NCBI GenBank assembly: GCA_963727485.1
Contig: CAVSGM010000002.1
Span: 1,536,001-1,600,000, forward strand
Reading direction: 5' to 3'
From: an uncultured delta proteobacterium
GTDB taxonomy: Bacteria; Myxococcota; Myxococcia; SLRQ01
DNA length: 64,000 nt
The notes beneath the pieces are model-generated. The model worked only from the letters and a program-made list of their open reading frames with translations, was not told where the DNA came from and did not search any database. The translations under genes and the position numbers were made by a program. Below are positions 32,488 through 42,447 of this stretch, in pieces (the first letter of the stretch is position 1; every line of letters begins with the position of its first letter).

Positions 32488-33105
32488 ATGAACCGCTCCC
32501 CCGTCCGCTTCGCCGCCCTCCTCGCCGCCGCGGCCCTCCTTGGCCCCGTCCTCCCCGCCCGCGCCGGGGCGCCCACCCGGGCCGAGCAGGTGAAGACCGA
32601 GCGGGCCCGGGCCCACCGCCTCACCCGCAAGAAGGCGATCCACAAGGCGATGCACGAGGCCAAGGGCAAGGGGATGCGCCCCTGCGCCGCGCTCGCCCGG
32701 GCCACGGTCGCCGCGGGCAGGGACGTGGTCCTCCGGGGCGTGGATCCGGGCCTGATGCAGGCCCTGAGCACACTCGAGACCGCGAAGAACGTCGCCACCC
32801 GCCACCACTCGGCCCGCCCGGGGGTGAAGCTCACCTTGGCCCAGTGGGGCGAGGTGGCCGGGAGCACCTGCCAGACCGAGCTCGACGACCTGAAGGCCGA
32901 GCGCCGGCGGCTGGAGAAGACCGCGCCCAAGGCCAGCGCCGCCTCCAAGGCCTGCAAGGCCCTCGACCGGAAGCTGGAGAAGGCCTGCTACGCCGGGCTG
33001 CGGCAGGGGACGGTCTCCGACGCCTGTCACTCCCTCTCCAGCCTCGCCACCATGGGCCTCCCCCCGGGCCAGATGTGCAGCATCGGGGCCTCGATGATCC
33101 CCTGA
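32488..33105 (+). CDS. Secreted helical hypothetical protein
   Basis: AAGGAGG RBS, signal peptide ending ARA, Lys/Ala-rich with 6 Cys. Confidence 0.75.
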   Translation: MNRSPVRFAALLAAAALLGPVLPARAGAPTRAEQVKTERARAHRLTRKKAIHKAMHEAKGKGMRPCAALARATVAAGRDVVLRGVDPGLMQALSTLETAKNVATRHHSARPGVKLTLAQWGEVAGSTCQTELDDLKAERRRLEKTAPKASAASKACKALDRKLEKACYAGLRQGTVSDACHSLSSLATMGLPPGQMCSIGASMIP

Positions 33106-33132
33106 GCGGCGGTCTCTGGTACAAGGCCGGCC

Positions 33133-33639
33133 ATGACGCCGGTGCCGACGACCGACGAGGAGCGCTACTACCTCCGCCTCTTCCAGGGCGGGATCCTCAC
33201 CGCCTACGTGGCCATGGGGGCGGGGATCTGGCAGGCGGCGGTCCACCACGTCCACGCCGCCTGGCAGGGTCGGGGGCCGGTGAAGGTGACCCCGCCGGCG
33301 ACCCTGGAGCCCATGGCCCTCAAGGTCACGGCGGTGGGGGTGGGGCTGGCGGTGGTCTTCTACCTGGGGGCCATGTGGCTCCTGCGCCGGTCTCCCGCCG
33401 ACCGGTCCCGGGTGCGGCTGGTCAAGGGCTACGCCCTGCGCACCACCATCGCGGTGGCCCTCGCCTCCCTGCCGGCGGTGGTCCAGGCGGTGGCCTATCG
33501 AGGCGGGTACACCCAGGCCCTGGGCTATGCCTCGGCGGCGTCCCTGTCGGTGGTGCTCGTCACCTTCCCCCGGGTCCGGGGGCTGGCGGCCTTCCTCGGG
33601 CGCCGGGTCGAGTGGCTCCGGGCCCACGGCAGGACGTAG
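33133..33639 (+). CDS. Hypothetical membrane protein (about 4 TM)
   Basis: Hydrophobic segments and typical codon usage. Confidence 0.7.
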   Translation: MTPVPTTDEERYYLRLFQGGILTAYVAMGAGIWQAAVHHVHAAWQGRGPVKVTPPATLEPMALKVTAVGVGLAVVFYLGAMWLLRRSPADRSRVRLVKGYALRTTIAVALASLPAVVQAVAYRGGYTQALGYASAASLSVVLVTFPRVRGLAAFLGRRVEWLRAHGRT

Positions 33640-33860
33640 AAGCCGGACCTGCCCACGTCCCGGTGGCGCTCGGCCGGGGGGCGGGGCCGCTCGACACCCG
33701 GCGCGGCGGTGGGCTCAAGGGGATGTCGCCGGTGGCCGATGGGTGTCGCATGACCCGTACGCCCAGCCAGGCCGGGTACCCGGGTCTTGCGGCGGAGGGG
33801 TCGCACCAGGAAGAATTGCCTCCCGCGTCGTCCCATGCCCACCCGCCCCCAGCGCCCGTC

Positions 33861-35813
33861 ATGAACCCCACCGGTCCCGAGGCCGACGCGGCGCCCGACG
33901 CCCAGGAGGCCCTCGCCGCCGAGGTCCAGTGGTACCGGACCCTCTTCGAGCAGGGGCCGGTGCCGATGATCATCTACGACCCGGAGACCCTCACCATCCT
34001 CGCCGCCAACCTCGCCACCGCCCGCCTCTACGGCTATCGCGCGCAGGTCTTCGACGGCATGAACATCGCCGAGCTCGCCGCCGACTCCCTGGAGGAGGTG
34101 CACCGCCGCAACGCCGGCCTCCCGGCGGAGGCCACGATCATCGGCGTGCTGCCCCACCGGCGCCGGGATGACACCGTGTTCCAGGCGGAGATCACCAGCC
34201 AGGCCATCGACTACCAGGGGCGCCCGGTGCGCCTGGCGGTGATCCTCGACGTCACCGAGCGCCAGGAGGCCGAGGTGGCCCTGCGCCGGAGCGAGGCGCG
34301 GTTTCGGGCCCTGGTGGAGAACAGCTCCGAGGGCGTCATCCTCCTCGACGCCGGGGGTCGCATCCTCTACGCCACCAGCGCCATCACGATGGTCCTCGGC
34401 CTGGACCCGGAGATCATCGCCGGCCGGCCGGCCCGCGACTTCGTTCACCCCGAGGACCAGGCGCGGGTGACCGCCCAGCTCGCCGAGTCCCTGGCGCATC
34501 CCGGGGTGCCCATCCGCCACGAGGCGCGCTACCGGCACCGGGACGGGGGCTGGCGCCACCTGGAGGTCGTGCGCGCCAACCATCTCGACGACCCGGCGGT
34601 GGGGGCGATGGTGAGCCACTTTCGCGACGTCACCGATCGCCGGGAGCTCGAGGCGCGGCTGCGGGTCGCCGATCGCATGGCCTCGGTGGGCACCCTGGCC
34701 GCCGGGGTGGCCCACGAGATCAACAACCCCCTGGCCTACGTCCTGGCCAACCTCGGCTTCGTCGCCGAGATGCTCGAGCCCCACCACCGGGTCTTCGGCG
34801 CCGACGCCGACGAGGTCTTCGCCGCCCTCGAGGAGGCGCGGTCCGGGGGCGAGCGGGTCCGGGAGATCGTCCGGGACCTCAAGACCTTCTCCCGGAGCGA
34901 GCCGCGCCGGGGGCCGGTGGACGTCCACGCCATCCTCGACGGCATGTGCGCCATGGCCCACAACGAGATCCGCCACCGGGCCCGGCTGGAGAAGGACTAC
35001 GCGTTGATGCTCCCCTTCGCCGACGGGGACGAGTCACACCTCGGCCAGGTGTTCCTGAACCTCCTGGTCAACGCCGCCCAGGCGATCCCCGAGGAAGAAG
35101 GCGATCGCCACACCATCGGTGTCCGCACCCGCGTCGGCGACGACGGATGGATCGAGGTGGAGGTCTCCGACGACGGGGTGGGCATCCCCGAGGAGGTGCG
35201 GGGGCGGATCTTCGATCCCTTCTTCACCACCAAGCCGGTGGGGGTGGGCACCGGCCTGGGGCTGTCCATCTGCCGCAACCTGATCACCGGGGACGGCGGC
35301 GAGATCGAGGTGGAGAGCGAGCGCGGGCAGGGCACCACCTTCCGGGTGCGCCTGCCCCGGAGCCAGGGCGAGACCCGACCCGAGGCGTCGGACGCGGCCG
35401 GGCCCGCAACCCCCACCGGGCCCCGGGGCCGGATCCTGGTGATCGACGACGAGCCCCTCATCGGCCGGGCGGTCCGCCGCATCCTCGGCGTCGAGCACGA
35501 GGTGGTGGTGGTCCCCGGCGCCGCCGCCGCCCTCGAGCGGTTGGGGGTGGAGCCCACCTTCGACCTGCTGCTGTGCGACGTGATGATGCCCGAGATGAGC
35601 GGCATGGAGCTCTGGGCCGCCCTCGAGGCGGTGGCGCCCTGGGCCCGGGCGCGGACGGTGTTCATGACCGGCGGCGCCTTCACCCCGGCGGCGGCGGCGT
35701 TCCTGCAGACCGTCGACGTCCCCAGGGTGGACAAGCCCTTCGACGCCCGGGCCCTCAAGGCGCTGGTCCGGGACCGGATGGCCGGCGCGGCGACCGCCGA
35801 CGAGGCGGGCTAG
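33861..35813 (+). CDS. Hybrid sensor histidine kinase (PAS-PAS-HisKA-HATPase-REC)
   Basis: H-box AHEINNPL; N-box NLLVNAAQA; FDPFFTTK; GTGLGL; receiver 'ILVIDDE...LCDVMMP'. Confidence 0.93.
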   Translation: MNPTGPEADAAPDAQEALAAEVQWYRTLFEQGPVPMIIYDPETLTILAANLATARLYGYRAQVFDGMNIAELAADSLEEVHRRNAGLPAEATIIGVLPHRRRDDTVFQAEITSQAIDYQGRPVRLAVILDVTERQEAEVALRRSEARFRALVENSSEGVILLDAGGRILYATSAITMVLGLDPEIIAGRPARDFVHPEDQARVTAQLAESLAHPGVPIRHEARYRHRDGGWRHLEVVRANHLDDPAVGAMVSHFRDVTDRRELEARLRVADRMASVGTLAAGVAHEINNPLAYVLANLGFVAEMLEPHHRVFGADADEVFAALEEARSGGERVREIVRDLKTFSRSEPRRGPVDVHAILDGMCAMAHNEIRHRARLEKDYALMLPFADGDESHLGQVFLNLLVNAAQAIPEEEGDRHTIGVRTRVGDDGWIEVEVSDDGVGIPEEVRGRIFDPFFTTKPVGVGTGLGLSICRNLITGDGGEIEVESERGQGTTFRVRLPRSQGETRPEASDAAGPATPTGPRGRILVIDDEPLIGRAVRRILGVEHEVVVVPGAAAALERLGVEPTFDLLLCDVMMPEMSGMELWAALEAVAPWARARTVFMTGGAFTPAAAAFLQTVDVPRVDKPFDARALKALVRDRMAGAATADEAG

Positions 35814-37189
35814 AGAGGCGCCAACTGCGCCTCGGTGGGCTCCGCTCAGCAGTACCAGGGCTCGGTGAGGTAGGGGACGGTGCACGGCGCCGGGGCCGGG
35901 TCCACGGGCGGCGGCGCGGTGTCCCCGATCGCCGCGGTGGCCAGGTCCCAGATCCGGCGGAACAGGGCCCGGCGGTCGGCGCCCGGGCCCGCCTCGGCGG
36001 CGACCGCGGCGACGTGGCGCTGGAGGGCGTCGACCCTGGGATCCGGGTGCACCCAGGGGTGGGCGAGGCGCGGCGGGTCCACCTCGCCCACCGCGTCCCG
36101 GACCTCGGCGAGCTCCAGGAGCCTCGATCCCGCGGGGACCAGCAGGCGCAGGGTGAGCTGCACCGGGGCGGTGGCGTCGACGAGCCCGAGGGCGGCGAGC
36201 TCGGCGAGGAACGCGCGGTAGCCCGAGAGGGTGGTCCAGGGGTGGAAGGGGATGAAGGTCGGCGAGAGGGTCAGCCCCGCTGCTCGCGCACGCGGCACCA
36301 GGCGGCGGACGTCGGCGGCGGTGTGGCCCTTGTCGAGGCGGGCGAGGACGGCGTCGTCGAAGCTCTCCACCGCGGTGGTCACGAACAGGCACCCGGTGTC
36401 CGCCAGGGTCTCCATCGCCTCCGGGCGCTCCAGGAGGTGGGTGACCTTCACGGTGACGTCGTAGGTGAGCTCGGGGAAGCGGGCGTGGAGAGCGCGGACC
36501 AGCGGCAGGGCATGGCCCGGGCCGTTGAGGAAGTCCGGGTCGCCGAAGGTGAGGTGCTGCGCGCCGGCGGCGACCTGCTGCGCCACGTCGGCGAGGACCA
36601 CCGCCTGGGGGACGACGCGGAAGCGCCCGCCGTAGACCGGGACCACCGGGCAGTGGCGGCAGGTGTGCTTGCAGCCGCGGCTGGCCTCGGTGTAGCCGGC
36701 GACCCGCTCGGCGCCGCCCGCCCGGACCTTCGCGTAGCCCGAGAGCGAGGGGAGGCCGGTGCGGTCGGGGACCTTGAGGTCGAGGCGGTCCAGGGGCGCG
36801 GCCTCCCGGGGCGCCAGGTCGGCGGCGAGGGCGACCAGCTCGGCCTCGAGCTCACCGCCGAGGATCGCGGTGACCCCCAGCGACCGGAGGTAGCCGGCGT
36901 TCAGCGGGGCGTAGAGGCCGAAGCCGCAGAGGGTGGCGGTGGGGTTCAGGGCGCGGATCCGGGGGAGGACCTCGGCGGCGATGCGGGTGGCGGTGTGCAT
37001 GGGCAGGTGGAGGGCCACCAGCTCCGCGGCGCCCACCGCCTCGGGGTCGAGCTTCTCCCGGGAGAGGTCCTGGACGAGCACCCGGTGGCCCGCGGCCGAA
37101 AGCCACGCCGCCGCCTCGGCCACCGCGAAGGACGGGTGGCCGAGCTCGTAGGTGGACAGGAGGAGGACGGTCCTTGGCACGGCGGCCAC
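35810..37189 (-). CDS. CUAEP-tail radical SAM selenoprotein (B12-binding-type); UGA at 35846-35848 probably read as Sec
   Basis: 'SRGCKHTCRHC'. The C-terminus reads PYLTEPWYC-TGA-AEPTEAQLAPL-TAG, i.e. the C-U-A-E-P tail of the CUAEP/CCAEP family. Confidence 0.88.
35815..35833 (-). promoter_or_regulatory. Candidate bacterial SECIS hairpin
   Basis: mRNA GAGGCGC-AGUUG-GCGCCUC forms a perfect 7-bp stem. The loop starts 19 nt after the UGA and has G in position 2. Confidence 0.7.
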
Positions 37190-37254
37190 GGTAGGCCCGG
37201 GGGCGACGCGGGCGCAACGGCGACGACCGCGGGCGGGCGTGCTAGACAGTCCCC

Positions 37255-38135
37255 ATGAAGCCCGCGATCCTGGTCCACGGCGGCGCCGGCCGCATCGCCG
37301 CCGACGACGTGGCCCGGGCCTGCGCCGACGGGTGCCTGGTCGCCGCCCGGGCCGGCCACGCGGTCCTCGCCGCCGGCGGCTCGGCCCTCGACGCGGTGCA
37401 GGCGGCGGCGGTGGTCCTCGAGGACGACCCGAGCTTCAACGCCGGCACCGGCGCCACCCTCAACCTCGACGGCGAGGTGGAGCACGACGCGATGCTCATG
37501 GACGGCGCCGGCCTGCGCGCCGGGGGGGTGTGCGTGCTCCGGGGGTACCCGCACCCCATCCTCGTCGCTCGGGCGGTCCTCGACGACGGTCAGCACGTCC
37601 TCCTCGCCGCCGAGGGCGCCGCCCGCTTCGCCCGGGAGCGGGGCCTGATGCCGGTGCCGCCGGCGCAGCTGGTGACCGCCCGGGCCCTCGAGCGCTGGCA
37701 CCGGGAGCGTGACGCCGGGTGGCCCAGGCGCCCGGGGACCATCGGGGCGGTGGCCGTCGACGCCGCCGGCCACGTCGCCGCCGCCACCAGCACCGGGGGC
37801 ATCAGCGGCAAGCTCCCCGGCCGGGTGGGCGACACCCCGCTCCCCGGGGCCGGGACCTACGCCGACGACCTCGCCGGCGCCGCCAGCGCCACCGGGTTCG
37901 GCGAGGGGATCATGCGGGTGGTCATGGCCAAGGTCGCCGTCGATCGCGTCGCCGCCGGCGACGACGCCCAGCGCGCCGCCGAGGCGGCGGTGGCGGCCCT
38001 GGGGCGGGTCCGCGGCGAGGGGGGATCATCGTCGTCGACCGCGCCGGGCGCCTGGGCTTCGCCTTCAACAGCGAGCGGATGAGCCGGGCCTGGGTCGACG
38101 GCGACGGCCACGCCGAGCGCGGGTTTGAGCCCTAG
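37255..38135 (+). CDS. iaaA: Isoaspartyl peptidase/L-asparaginase (Ntn hydrolase), frameshift ~38020
   Basis: 'ILVHGGAG', 'LEDDPSFNAG', 'GTIGAVAVD', 'ATSTGG', 'GRVGDTP'; the tail 'GGIIVVD...FNSERM' is in the next frame. Confidence 0.9.
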
Positions 38136-39698
38136 ACGGGGGATCCCCGGGCGTCGTCCTCGGCGAGGCGCCGGGCCACCTCGGCCCGGAGCGCCTCGGG
38201 GTCGAAGGGCTTGACCATCACCGGCGGGTGCTCCCGGGCGAGGAACGCGTCCGCCAGCTCGGTGAAGGCCCCGCCGGTGAGGAAGAGGATCCGCCGGCGC
38301 ACCTCCGGGGCGACCGCCTCCCACAGGTCCATGCCGGTGACCTCGGGCATCATCAGGTCGCAGACGATGACGTCGAAGCGCTCTCCCGAGGCGAGACGGT
38401 CGAGGGCCTCGGCGGCCCGGTGGGTGACCACCACCTCGTGCTTCGAGCCCAGGGTGCGGCGGATGGCGAGGCCGATGAGGGCCTCGTCGTCGACCACCAG
38501 GATCCGGCCCCGGCGGCTGGGGGGGCGGGCCTCCGGGGTCGCGGCCGCCGCGCGGCCGGGCGCCTCCGCGCCCAGGGGCAGGCGGACGGTGACGGTGGTG
38601 CCGGCGCCGGGGGCGCTGTCCACCTCGATGCGCCCCCCGAGGCTGGTGACGATCCCGTGGGCCACCGCGAGGCCGAGGCCGGTGCCGTGACCCTGGGGTC
38701 GCGTGGTGTAGAAGGGGTCGAAGATCTGCCGGCGCACGGTCTCGCTCATCCCCGTGCCGGTGTCCCCGATGGTGAGGGTCGCGTGATCCGAGCCGGTCTC
38801 CACGGCGACGGTGATCTGGTGGCGCTCCACCTCCCCGGCGGGGATGGCCCGGGCGGCGTTGACCAGAAGCGGGAGCACCACCTGGCCCAACCGTCCGCGA
38901 TCCCCGGCGACCGGCACCGGGCCCTCGGGGACCCGGCGCACCAGCCGGGCCCGGTGGCCGATCTCGTTGCCGGTCAGGTCGAGGCAGAGGTCGAGGACGT
39001 CCACCAGGTCCACCGTCTCGGTGGGCGCCAGGTCGGCGCGGGCGAAGGCCCGGAGGTCGGCGACGGTGGCGACCACCCGCTCGGCGCCGCCCCGGGCATC
39101 GGCGAGGGCGACCTCGAGCTCGGCGAGGCGCGCCGGAATCCACCGCCGCCAGCGCGCCCGCCGCGCCCAGGGCCTCGAGCTCCTCCCGGACGAAGTCGAG
39201 GTTGGCGGTGAGGTAGGCCAGGGGGTTGTTCATCTCGTGGGAGAGGCCGGCGGCGAGGGTGCCCAGGGCGGTGAGGCGGTCGTGCTCCAGGACCTTGGCC
39301 ATCAGCGCCCGGCGCTCGGTGAGATCGCGGATCACGCCCAGGACCAGCGGGCCCCCGAGGGCGAGCTTCACCAGGTGCAGCTCCACCGGCACCGCCTCCC
39401 CGTCGGCGCGACGGAGGAGGGCCTCGGCCGCCGAGGGGGAGCCGCCGTCGGCGACCGCGAGGATCGTGGCCCAGGTCGGCTGGCTCTGCGGGTGCACCAG
39501 GACCTCGGGGGCGAGGCCCTCGAGGGCGCCGGGGCCCGGGTGGCCGAGGAGGGTGGCCAGGGCCTCGTTCGCCCGGTGGATCCGACCTTCGCGGAGGACG
39601 AGCACGCCGTCGGGGAGGGCGTCGATCAGGTGGCGCAGGGCGAGGCGGGCGCTCGTGGTGAGGGTTCGCGCCAGGTCTTCGGGGGGATCATGGGTCAT
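38132..39698 (-). CDS. Hybrid sensor histidine kinase (PAS-HisKA-HATPase-REC), frameshift(s) ~39110-39160
   Basis: 'SHEMNNPLAY', 'FDPFYTT', 'GTGLGL' and receiver 'ILVVDDE..VCDLMMP'. Confidence 0.85.
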
Positions 39699-41354
39699 GG
39701 GCCGCACGGGGGTCGACCGTTCCATCGGTCGCGCGGCCACTGTCTTGAACGCCCCAGGGTCGAGGCCTGGCGGCGACGATCCTCCCCTGGGCGTCCGTGG
39801 TGAGCACCGGGCCAAAGACGCCCAGGTCCTCCCGGGTCCACCATCGGCCGGTCTTCGCCCTCTGGGCCCAGGTGGTGAACCAGGTAGCGCCAGCGCACCA
39901 CCCGGACCTCCTTGGGGGGGGCGGTGGGGAACGGGTCCCGGGCGAAGAGGGCGAGGACCTGGGGCTGGCCCCGGAGGAGCAGCGCCTCCGTGCGCAGGAC
40001 CCAGGGGTCGTCGCGCCAGCTTCGGTCCAGGGAGGCGAACCACAGGTCCCAGTCGAAGCGCGGCTGGTAGGGGGCGTAGATCCCCGGGGCGGCCCTGGGG
40101 TCCTGGGGCTTGAAGGCGAAGCCGTAGGGCTTGAAGTGGACCCCGTCGTCGGAGCCCTGGAACTCGAGCTCGTAGCGCCTCCGGGTCATCACCGCGAAGA
40201 GGCCGTAGGCGTTGGCCACCCGCCAGCCCTGGAGCCGGGCCACCGGGGCGGTGAGCGCCCGGGGCAGGGGGCGGCCGGGGACCCCGGGGAAGAGGATAAC
40301 GGTGCTGTAGAAGATGAGGCCGAGGACGGCGCCCCGGCCGGCGAGGCGCCAGGTCGCCGGGGCGGGTGAGGGGGCGTGCGCGGGGGCGGGCGGCGTCGCC
40401 TCGGGCGCGGCCTCGGGCGTCACCGGCACGGCCCGCGGCGGAAGGCCCAGGCGCCCGAAGACCCCGTCGTCGAGGAGGAGGAATCCCCAGCGAGAGCACC
40501 AGGTAGTTGAGAAAGGCGTAGTTCGCCGTGAGGATGATGCCCGCCTGGAAGGTGGTGACCACGGCGAAGAGGGCGACGCGGACCTTCCGCCGCGGCACCA
40601 CCACCAGCCACACGCCGAGAAGCTCCAGGGTCAGGGTCGCCAGCGCGGTGGCCGCGTGGAACCAGTGGGGCAGGTGCTGCGCGTACCAGGCGATCCAGGT
40701 GGGGAGCGGCCCGTTCTCGTAGTAGTGGTCCATGGCGGTGAGGTGCCGCCACTCGGGGTCGCCGCCGAGGATCTTGGCGACCCCGCTCTCGGCGTAGATC
40801 CGCAGCCACTCCCACATCAGGAGCCACCGCGCGGCGCGCGAGGGAGGCGAGGCGGCGCCGAGGCCGGGCTTCAGCCCCGGGGGCGAGAGGAACCAGGAGA
40901 GCACGCCGGCGGCGATGAGCATCCCGTCGCTCTGGTAGGCGGCGAAGGCCTGGGCCACCCACACGAAGCTGCCGAACATCCCCGTGGCCACGACCAGGCT
41001 CGCCCTCGGCCAGAGGTTGAAGAGGAGCGCCACCGAGGCGGCGAGGCCCAGGACCCAGAGGGCGGTGAGCATCCCGCTTCCGCTCCCGAGCCAGAGCACC
41101 GAGGGGAAGCGCCACACCCCCGAGGCGACGCCCACGGTCTGCTTCACCGAGTCGAGGAACATCCGCGCCGGGAGGATCCCGTGGGGGCCGATGAGCCCGT
41201 GGATCTGGAAGGCCAGGCTCACGAAGGCGGAGCCGAAGAGGACCGCCAGGGCCCGGAGCCACAGCCACCTGGCCCAGAGGAACCCCGGCCGGCGCGTGTC
41301 CGGGCCGAGGAGCCAGGCGAGGCGGTGGCGGAAGGCGGCGAGACGGGCGGGCAT
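39688..41354 (-). CDS. Lipase maturation factor (LMF) family membrane protein, frameshifts ~40480 and ~39880
   Basis: 'GLIGPHGILPA', 'SGVAKI..D..W..LTAMDHYYENGPLP', 'NAYGLFAVMT', 'YQPRFDWDLWFA'. The 3' end is approximate. Confidence 0.85.
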
Positions 41355-41420
41355 CACCTCCAGGTGCTACGCCAAGGCAGCGGGTTGTGGCGAGGGGGGC
41401 GGCGGTGCCATCCTCGGGTC

Positions 41421-42447
41421 ATGGCTGCCCGCACACCCCCGACCCGTCGCCTGCCCCTCGTCCTCGCCGTGCTGCTGCTCGCCGCGCCGCTCACCCCGGC
41501 CCTCGCCGACACGCCCCAGGCGCCCACCGGCAACGAGATCAGCCCCCACTTCCTCCTGGGGACCTTCGCCCTCTCGCCGAAGCACGCGATCCTCGACGGG
41601 GACACCATCCGGGTGGTCGGCCTCGATCACACCCTGCGGCTCCTCGGCATCGACACCGAGGAGATCTATCACCACAAAGGCCGCAAGGAGATGGCGGACC
41701 GGGACTTCGCCGCCTACTACAAGAAGATCCGCGGCACCGGCCGGCCGGTGAAGACCGGGACGCCCATGGGCGTGGCCGCGATGAAGTGGGCGGAGCAGTT
41801 CTTCCAGGGCATCCACGACGTGCGCCTGGAGTACGACGGCCTCGACCGCAAGCACGGCTACTACGACCGGTACCTGGTCTACGTGTTCGCCAAGAAGCAC
41901 GGCCACTGGGTGAACTACAACCTGGCGGCGGTGCGCGCGGGGATGGCGCCGTACTTCGTCAAGTACGGGCGGCTGGCGCGCTTCGACGCGGCGTTTCGCA
42001 AGGCCCAGGCCGAGGCCCGGGCCGAGCACCTGGGGATCTGGAACCCCAAGAAGAAGCACTACCCCGACTACCCCGAGCGCCTGAAGTGGTGGCGGCGCCG
42101 GGCCGACGCCCTGGCGCACTACCAAAAGGCCCACGCCCACGACGCGGGCTACGTGGAGCTGGGGATCCACGGGGCGATGGAGAAGCTCAAGGCGATGAAG
42201 GGGAAGGTGGTCACCGTCTTCGGCGCCGCCGAGGAGGTCCGCCGGAAGAAGGCGCCCTGGCTCTTCCCCCTGGGTCACCACCTGGGCAACGACTTCGAGC
42301 TGGTGGCCTTCACCAAGGCGCAGCTGAAGTTCCTCGCCCCGGACAAGTGGGAAGGCGACTACGTCTACGTCCGGGGCAAGGTGAGCCTCTACCACGGCCG
42401 GCCGGAGATGACGGCCAGGGACGTGCAGAAGATTCTGGCGGGAGTGA
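41421..42447 (+). CDS. Secreted thermonuclease (SNase-like) with C-terminal OB-fold-like domain
   Basis: Signal peptide; 'DGDTI', 'LRLLGIDTEE', 'YDRYLVYV', 'AQAEARAEHLGIW'. The probable stop is in a TGATG overlap at 42445-42449. Confidence 0.8.

Noticed and set aside
37255..38135. Isoaspartyl peptidase as the Hxs leader protease
   Set aside because: It is a common housekeeping Ntn hydrolase 17 kb from the precursor, with the wrong specificity.
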